Shown here: positions 57,852-64,000 of the stretch, piece after piece
Layout: every line of letters starts with the position of its first letter
How positions within the stretch are numbered: the first letter of the stretch is position 1
Source: an uncultured Gammaproteobacteria bacterium
GTDB taxonomy: Bacteria > Patescibacteriota > Patescibacteriia > Patescibacteriales > UBA12465
Assembly (NCBI GenBank): GCA_964517555.1
Contig: CAZFEF010000001.1
Coordinates: forward strand, 56,598-120,597
Direction of reading: 5' to 3'
DNA: 64,000 nt
The notes under the pieces: generated by a model
What the model was told of the DNA's origin: nothing
The model's input: the letters and a program-made list of their open reading frames with translations, nothing else
Database searches by the model: none
Translations under genes and position numbers: made by a program

Positions 57852-60035
57852 ATGAACCAAGACTTAATTAGTATTAAAGATTACTTAAATCAAAAAGGTA
57901 TAAAATATACTGAGGCCAATGGTGAATTAATTACCGACTGTGTTTTCTGTGAAAAACCAAAGCACTTATACTTTAATGTTTCTACTAGCCAATACGACTG
58001 CAAGGTCTGTGGCCAACAAGGCAATATCATAACTTTAGCCAAACACTTTGGTGATGAAATAAAGAGTCTAAAGTCAGGATATCAAAACAAACCTGTAGTA
58101 AAAAAAGGGAGGGTTAAAATTGATTCTAGCTCAGTTGAAAGATATCACAATCAATTACCAGACCGAATCAGGAATTATCTTAACCAGAGAGGCATAACAG
58201 ATGATCTTATAAGCCAATACAAGCTCGGCTATGGCAAGTTTTATGGTAAACCCTGGATAATTATACCCATAAAAGATGAGTATGGAGAATATTCCTTCCT
58301 AAAATTAAGGAAAGACCCCTCGGATGAAACCAGTCCTGACAAATATAAATTCTATCCGATCGGAAGCGAGGCAGAACTATTTAATCAAGAAGCGCTCGAT
58401 AGTAATGATATGATTGTTATCTGCGAAGGAGAATTTGATTGTTTAATACTACAATCCTATGGCATCCCCGCAATTACTTCCACGGCCGGAGCTAACACTT
58501 TTAAAAAAGAATGGTTTGAAATTTTAAAACCGATCAAAAAAATATATATATGTTTTGACAGGGACGACGCCGGCGAAAGGGGGTCTCTAAAGTTAGTTGG
58601 GATGTTAGAAGAAAATATGATCGGTGAAGATGTCTATAAAATTGATTTGCCGAACAGAATGCTTGATGGCAAAGATATAACAGATTATTTTACTAAACAC
58701 GATGGTAATGTTGATGAATTTTTTAATTCAGCTGAGAGAGTTGGGGGCAGAGTTAAAATCGATACTTCAAAATTTTCTCCACTATCATCAACCGATCTCA
58801 CAGAGATTCTTGGCCTGACAATTAAAAAGGACGAGGAGAATAAATTAGTTACCTTCCTGTGCGAACTATGTGCCTATACTGAAAACTCTCAGTTTAATAT
58901 TAGCTTCAATGCCCCATCTTCAACTGGTAAAAGTTATATCCCGACTGAAATAGCGAGGCTATTCCCAGAAATTGACGTGAAGGAGATTGGCTACTGCTCC
59001 CCTACTGCATTTTTTCACGATGTTGGGGTCATAAATAAAGATAGGGGCGGATATGAAGTGGATTTATCGAGAAAAATAATGATATTTTTAGACCAACCAC
59101 ATATGATGCTTTTAGAAAGACTGAGGCCCCTTTTATCACACGATAAAAAAGAAATGACAATAAAAATAACCGACAAAGCTCAAAAGGGTGGACTCAAAAC
59201 TAAGACTATTTTTCTTAAAGGTTTCCCGGCAGTTATCTTTTGCAGCGCTGGATTAGTAATTGACGAACAAGAAGGAACTAGATTTCTACTTCTTTCTCCT
59301 GAGACCAATCAAGAAAAAATTCACGGCGGTATTTCAGAAAAAATTAATAAAGAGTGTGATAATCAAAAATACAAGGAGTGGCTAGAGGGAAACCCCGGGC
59401 GAATACTTTTACGTGAAAGAATACTGGCAATCAGGAATGAAATGGTTGACGATATTAAAATAAGTTCACCAGAAAGCATTAAAAAAATATTCTTGGACAA
59501 TAAAACACTCCTTAAGCCACGACATCAGCGAGATATCGGTCGATTAATATCAATAATAAAGGCCTTTGCCCTTCTTAATCTATGGTTTAGGGACCGAGAA
59601 GGCAACAATATAATAGCCAACGAAGATGATATAAAAGAGGCTATGAAAATATGGGGAAAAATTTCTGAAAGCCAAGAATATAATTTACCACCATACGTCT
59701 ATGATCTCTACAAAGAGGTAATTCTTCCTGCCTATCGAAATAAAAACACGGACGAACACGGGTTCCCAAATGGATTCGAGGAAGGGTTAACTAAACAAGA
59801 TATATTTAATTGGCACTTTAAGGTCTACGGTCGAAACCTGGAAGATTTTAAATTAAGGATGCACATAATTCCTATGCTGGAAACGGCCGGCCTGATATCT
59901 CAAGAACCAGATCAAAAAGATAAAAGAAGAATACTGACTTTTCCCACTGCCCCGCTCATCGCAGAGAGCCTGGATAATATAGTGAATGATACTGGGGAGG
60001 AAAATAACAACTCTCAAGTCCAAAAAACTAGCTAA
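57852..60035 (+). CDS. Primase (Zn finger + TOPRIM) fused to a P-loop helicase-like domain
   Basis: CVFC..CKVC, YLNQRG, ICEGEFD, FDRDDAG, KDITD, APSSTGKS. Confidence 0.88.
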   Translation: MNQDLISIKDYLNQKGIKYTEANGELITDCVFCEKPKHLYFNVSTSQYDCKVCGQQGNIITLAKHFGDEIKSLKSGYQNKPVVKKGRVKIDSSSVERYHNQLPDRIRNYLNQRGITDDLISQYKLGYGKFYGKPWIIIPIKDEYGEYSFLKLRKDPSDETSPDKYKFYPIGSEAELFNQEALDSNDMIVICEGEFDCLILQSYGIPAITSTAGANTFKKEWFEILKPIKKIYICFDRDDAGERGSLKLVGMLEENMIGEDVYKIDLPNRMLDGKDITDYFTKHDGNVDEFFNSAERVGGRVKIDTSKFSPLSSTDLTEILGLTIKKDEENKLVTFLCELCAYTENSQFNISFNAPSSTGKSYIPTEIARLFPEIDVKEIGYCSPTAFFHDVGVINKDRGGYEVDLSRKIMIFLDQPHMMLLERLRPLLSHDKKEMTIKITDKAQKGGLKTKTIFLKGFPAVIFCSAGLVIDEQEGTRFLLLSPETNQEKIHGGISEKINKECDNQKYKEWLEGNPGRILLRERILAIRNEMVDDIKISSPESIKKIFLDNKTLLKPRHQRDIGRLISIIKAFALLNLWFRDREGNNIIANEDDIKEAMKIWGKISESQEYNLPPYVYDLYKEVILPAYRNKNTDEHGFPNGFEEGLTKQDIFNWHFKVYGRNLEDFKLRMHIIPMLETAGLISQEPDQKDKRRILTFPTAPLIAESLDNIVNDTGEENNNSQVQKTS

Positions 60036-60064
60036 TTATTTCGGTAGTTTTAAAGCAAAAATAT

Positions 60065-60658
60065 ATGATTAAAATGATTAAAACGATCAAAGAAGACTGT
60101 AAAGATTTCAGCGTCTACGACCTTAAACGTTGGGGACTTATACAATATGGATATTGCCGCGGGTCAATTCTGTGGCCCAAAGGCCAAAACCTCGAAGGAG
60201 ACAAGGTAAACTATGTCCTTGATCTAAAAAACCAATATTTAAAATTAAGCTATAAAGTCAAAAAAGAATTTTCAAGGGAATGGAAAATGATTGAATATAC
60301 GATTCCCCTAATCAAGACTGCTTGTCACTATGGCGATGAAAGATGGTGGTTCGCGTGCCCATTAAGTAGAAATGGCCAATATCGCACGCACAGAGTGGCT
60401 AAGTTATATTTACCTCCCAATTCTGACTATTTTGCTTGTCGCCATTGTCTAAATTTATCCTACAAAAGCAGAAACGAGAATTATAAAGGCAGATTTGGAC
60501 ATCTAAGAAGGTTTTTTGACCTTGAGAGGCGGGTTGAGAAACTTCGAAAAAGGGCAAAGATAAAATTCAGGGCCGGAAAGCCAACCCAAAAATACCGCAA
60601 ACTTCTAAATAAAAGCCGTTTACTGCGATATTCGGAGATTATTAACGGTGAACCCTGA
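60065..60658 (+). CDS. Hypothetical Zn-ribbon protein of integrative element
   Basis: RWWFACP..R...LY..FACRHC.NL.Y.S. Confidence 0.7.
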   Translation: MIKMIKTIKEDCKDFSVYDLKRWGLIQYGYCRGSILWPKGQNLEGDKVNYVLDLKNQYLKLSYKVKKEFSREWKMIEYTIPLIKTACHYGDERWWFACPLSRNGQYRTHRVAKLYLPPNSDYFACRHCLNLSYKSRNENYKGRFGHLRRFFDLERRVEKLRKRAKIKFRAGKPTQKYRKLLNKSRLLRYSEIINGEP

Positions 60659-60714
60659 AGAGAAAACTGAGCCAAAACACTTGAAAAAACTAGCAGATCT
60701 GATAATATATTAGT

Positions 60715-60837
60715 GCTTACCCAACTAAATAGTTAATACTCGAATTTTTTTAATATTTGCTCCTGAAAGGGATGGTTCTACCAGCAAATATAGCTTTCGA
60801 GTTATATTTAGTTGGGTAAGCTAGGACCATCCCTTTT
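60715..60837 (+). ncRNA. Structured 5' leader of recombinase with two mutually exclusive folds
   Basis: 17+7+9 bp nested stems; loop 60766-60780 complementary to 60822-60836. Confidence 0.65.
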
Positions 60838-60858
60838 AGTTACTAAAAATTAAATTAT

Positions 60859-62469
60859 ATGAACAAAAATGAACAAAAAATTGAGTATTTTATTTACGCT
60901 CGCAAGTCTTCGGAGAGCGAAGAGCGGCAAGTCCAATCGATAGATGACCAAGTAAACAGACTTAAACAACTGGCCAGTAGCTCTGGTCTAAAAATTAAAA
61001 AGATTTATACGGAGTCAAAAACAGCCAAGCAACCCGGCATTCGTCCTATCTTTGAAGAGATGATGAAAAAAATTGAAGCCGGAGAGGCTAATGGTATTTT
61101 ATGTTGGCAAATAAATCGGCTTTCTCGTAATCCAATCGATAGCGCCAGAATTCAATGGCTCTTGCAACAAGGAAAAATTAAAAATATTCAAACGTTTGAT
61201 AGAACTTATTTGCCAGACGACAACACTCTTTTATACAGCGTTGAAACCGGTATGGCCAATCAATTTATTTTAGATCTGAGCAAAAATGTTAAGAGAGGCG
61301 TTCAGAGTAAATTAGAAAAAGGTTGGCGACCAGGAAATGCTCCCGCTGGTTATAAAAATGAACTTTATGATCACACGATTGAGACTGACGCAGAGAGATT
61401 TAATCTGATCAAAAAAGCCTGGAGCTTACTACTGACCAATGAATATACGGTGCCGAAAATATTGGATAAATTAAATAATGATTGGGGTTTTAGAAGTTTG
61501 AAAAAAAGAAAAAGCGGTAACAAACCATTATCAACCAGTGGTTTATATAGAGTGTTCACTAATGTTTTTTATGCTGGAATTATTGAACATAAAGGCCAGC
61601 AATACCCCGGTAAACATAAGCCAATGATAACACTTGAGGAGTATGATAAAGCCCAGATACTACTAGGTCGAGCCGGAAAGCCTCGTTCTACAAAACATCA
61701 ATTCGCCTATACTGGATTAATAAAATGCGGTCACTGTGATTGCTTGATCACCGCAGAAACTAAAAACAAGATTATTAAAAGCACTAATGAAACCAGAAAA
61801 TATACTTATTACCGCTGCACGAGAAAAAAAACCGACATCAAGTGCAAACAACAACCAATAAGTCTGGGAGAACTAGAGCCGCAAATTATTAAGGAGTTAA
61901 ATGAGCTAACGATTCTCCCAGAGTTTAGAGACTGGGCGCTAAATAATATTAAAGCATCTAATGATGCTGAAATTGAGGATCGAACAAAAATTTATGAAAT
62001 GCAGCATCGCAGTATTGCTGAAAAACAAACCCAGTTAGATAACTTAACCAAAATGCGTTATCGCGGATTAATTAATGACGATGAATTTCTGAAAGAAAAA
62101 TCTGAATTACAAAATGAGATTATAAGATTAAGAGATAATCTTCGAGGCACAGAACAAAGAACTGACACCTGGATCGAGCTAACAGAAAGAGCCTTTAAGT
62201 TTGCTGCGACCGCCAAAGAAGCCTTCGAAAATGGTAGTCTGGAAACAAAAAGAGAAATAGTTAGAACTCTGGGGTCAAAGTTCACTTTATTGGATAAAAA
62301 GCTTTATTTTGAGCCAGAATGCTGGATTCAGAAGATGAAAGATGCTGCCAAAGAAATAAACACTGATTCCACAAGGTTAGAACTACAGAAAATCCTTGCA
62401 AACAAAGGAAAAACAGGCGATTTCTCGCCTGCTCTTCCACGATTGCACAGGCGAAGGGATTCGAACTAA
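60859..62469 (+). CDS. Large serine recombinase (integrase)
   Basis: YARKSSE..RQ..S, ESKTAK, RLSRN, recombinase domain, CGHC..YYRC Zn ribbon, coiled coil. Confidence 0.95.
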   Translation: MNKNEQKIEYFIYARKSSESEERQVQSIDDQVNRLKQLASSSGLKIKKIYTESKTAKQPGIRPIFEEMMKKIEAGEANGILCWQINRLSRNPIDSARIQWLLQQGKIKNIQTFDRTYLPDDNTLLYSVETGMANQFILDLSKNVKRGVQSKLEKGWRPGNAPAGYKNELYDHTIETDAERFNLIKKAWSLLLTNEYTVPKILDKLNNDWGFRSLKKRKSGNKPLSTSGLYRVFTNVFYAGIIEHKGQQYPGKHKPMITLEEYDKAQILLGRAGKPRSTKHQFAYTGLIKCGHCDCLITAETKNKIIKSTNETRKYTYYRCTRKKTDIKCKQQPISLGELEPQIIKELNELTILPEFRDWALNNIKASNDAEIEDRTKIYEMQHRSIAEKQTQLDNLTKMRYRGLINDDEFLKEKSELQNEIIRLRDNLRGTEQRTDTWIELTERAFKFAATAKEAFENGSLETKREIVRTLGSKFTLLDKKLYFEPECWIQKMKDAAKEINTDSTRLELQKILANKGKTGDFSPALPRLHRRRDSN

Positions 62470-62500
62470 TTTAACCCAATAAAAATGGACTGTTTGCTAA

Positions 62501-62623
62501 AAATATAAAATTATAGCCAAAATTTCCGAACCGGTAATTTTTGGCTCATATTACAGAAAAGCAGACACTTTCGCGACTGCTTATCCTGATTTGCTCGGGG
62601 ACAAGGATTCGAACCTCGATTAA
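62501..62623 (+). pseudogene. C-terminal remnant of a second serine recombinase reading into the tRNA antisense
   Basis: SEPVIFGSYYRKADTFATAYPDLLGDKDSN aligns ungapped (9/30 identical) with the last 30 aa of the intact recombinase. Confidence 0.55.
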
Positions 62624-62664
62624 CAGGGCCAGAACCTGTTGTCCTGCCATTAGACGATCCCCGA
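62594..62664 (-). tRNA. tRNA-Gln (CTG)
   Basis: TCGGGGA/TCCCCGA acceptor stem, ACAGG-TTCTGGC-CCTGT anticodon arm, GGTTCGAATCC T-arm. Confidence 0.95.
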
Positions 62665-62705
62665 ATATGTAATTATATTAACAGAATAAAGATAATTGTC
62701 AAAAA

Positions 62706-64000
62706 CTATTCTGATTTCGGTTTCATGAGCGGAAATATCTGACATTCTCTAGCTGGCTTGTTCATCAAAAAGCTAAAGACTCTCTCACTCATACCGAAAC
62801 CACAGGTTGGAGGCATGCCATATTCCAAAGCTTCAACAAAATCATGGTCGTGCATCTGAGCTTCTTCATCGCCAGCCTCTCTTAATTTTTGTTGTTCCAA
62901 GAAACGCTTCTCTTGATCCACTGGATCATTGAGCTCGCTATAGCCATTGCCCAATTCGGAGCCAGCGATGATCACCTGGAATCTTTGGGCTAATTCTGGA
63001 TTTTTAGTATCTCTTTTGGCTAGCGGTGAAACGGTAATTGGTACGCCCACCAGAAACCCCGGACCAGCGATTTGTTTGCGACAATATTTCCAGAGATTAT
63101 CGATCGCTCGGGTAATATTGAATCCGTTTTCATCATATTTGACTCCTAGTTCATCTAATTTAACCTTAATCTCATCAATATTGGCTTCTAAAATATCAAC
63201 TCCGGTATACTTTTTCACTGTCTGGCGATAGTCATATATTTCCCATTTCTGGCCAAGGTCAACGGAAAAATCTTTGATTTGGAACTGGAGAGTACCAAAA
63301 GCTTCCTGAGCAATATATTTGTACAGCTCCTCCACCAGTTTCATACCATCTTGATAGTCGGCATAGGCCCAATAGAATTCCATTTGGGTGTAATCCTGCA
63401 AATGTTCGGCATCCATGCCTTCGTTACGGAATTGGCGGCCAATCTCAAAGGTTTTAGGAAAACCAGCTACCATCAATTTCTTCTGCCACAATTCTCCCAT
63501 TGAAATTCGCAAATAGACACCCATATCTAGGGCGTTATGGAAAGTGACGAAAGGTTTGGCATCAGCTCCGCCGGTAGTAGTTTCTAAAACCGGGGTCTCG
63601 ACTTCTAAAAAGCCGCGATTCAACAAAAAACTACGAGTGGCGTTCCAAAAACGGGAGCGCTTCTCAATCATTTCATAGACCTCGGGGTTAAACATGATGT
63701 CCAAATATCTTTTGCGCAATCTTTCTTCTTCATCGGTTAAGCCATGCCATTTTTCCGGCAAGGGACGCAAGGACTTGGAAAGCAATTGCCAATCCTCAAC
63801 CATTAGGCTTGGCTCACCTTTGTGGGTATTGAAGCAATGGGCCTTGATGGCGATAAAATCCCCCGTATCAGCTAGTTTGACAAAGCGTTTATACAAATCA
63901 TCACCAATGTCTTTCTTGGATAGGGCTATCTGAAATAAATCTTTGCCATCTTGCAAGTGAGCGAAGGTCAAATTGCCGTGGGATCTAACATTCCGCAATC
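62706..64000 (-). CDS. lysS: Lysine--tRNA ligase (5' end outside window)
   Basis: PLPEKWHGL.D, FLEVETP, FRNEG, ELGNGYSELNDP, YGMPPT.G. Confidence 0.97.
   Translation of the reverse strand, partial: LRNVRSHGNLTFAHLQDGKDLFQIALSKKDIGDDLYKRFVKLADTGDFIAIKAHCFNTHKGEPSLMVEDWQLLSKSLRPLPEKWHGLTDEEERLRKRYLDIMFNPEVYEMIEKRSRFWNATRSFLLNRGFLEVETPVLETTTGGADAKPFVTFHNALDMGVYLRISMGELWQKKLMVAGFPKTFEIGRQFRNEGMDAEHLQDYTQMEFYWAYADYQDGMKLVEELYKYIAQEAFGTLQFQIKDFSVDLGQKWEIYDYRQTVKKYTGVDILEANIDEIKVKLDELGVKYDENGFNITRAIDNLWKYCRKQIAGPGFLVGVPITVSPLAKRDTKNPELAQRFQVIIAGSELGNGYSELNDPVDQEKRFLEQQKLREAGDEEAQMHDHDFVEALEYGMPPTCGFGMSERVFSFLMNKPARECQIFPLMKPKSE

Larger units (their letters stand above)
38004..62623. mobile_element. 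Composite integrative island at tRNA-Gln 3' end (serine-recombinase element with primase, defence and DGR cargo)
   Basis: Large serine recombinase abutting the tRNA, primase module, defence genes, lower GC, tRNA-end-like scars at both boundaries; no virion or conjugation genes recognised. Confidence 0.75.

Noticed and set aside
62443-62466. Second tRNA gene at the recombinase end
   Set aside because: Only a T-loop/acceptor-like 3' fragment is present, with no D or anticodon arm.

Overview
AT-rich (roughly 35-40% GC by eye) chromosomal segment. Gene content and style (compact housekeeping genes, pilin, CvpA, small conserved hypotheticals) fit a Patescibacteria/CPR (Parcubacteria-like) bacterium; this assignment is inference. 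Positions 1-38 kb are mostly backbone: alr end, ftsQ-like, a dif-like site beside a single Xer recombinase, gltX, pyrG, metG, rsmI, secE-nusG-rplK-rplA, uppP, hppA, plus accessory genes. These include two Bacteroidota-style lipoproteins and a TrpR/YerC-like gene whose His-rich 3' end forms an apparent attenuator in front of two uncharacterised enzymes. Positions ~38.0-62.6 kb form a composite island at the 3' end of tRNA-Gln(CTG). It carries a large serine recombinase with a switch-like structured leader, a primase/helicase module, and a defence cluster (type I RM, HEPN-like, DUF262/GmrSD-like, TM0106 nuclease, ADP-ribosylglycohydrolase). It also has a C4/CI-like repeat-antisense RNA and a diversity-generating retroelement with a clear TR/VR pair (18 of 19 mismatches at TR adenines). 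The DGR reverse transcriptase is truncated before its catalytic motifs and fused in frame to a PD-(D/E)xK nuclease-like domain. The window ends in lysS.
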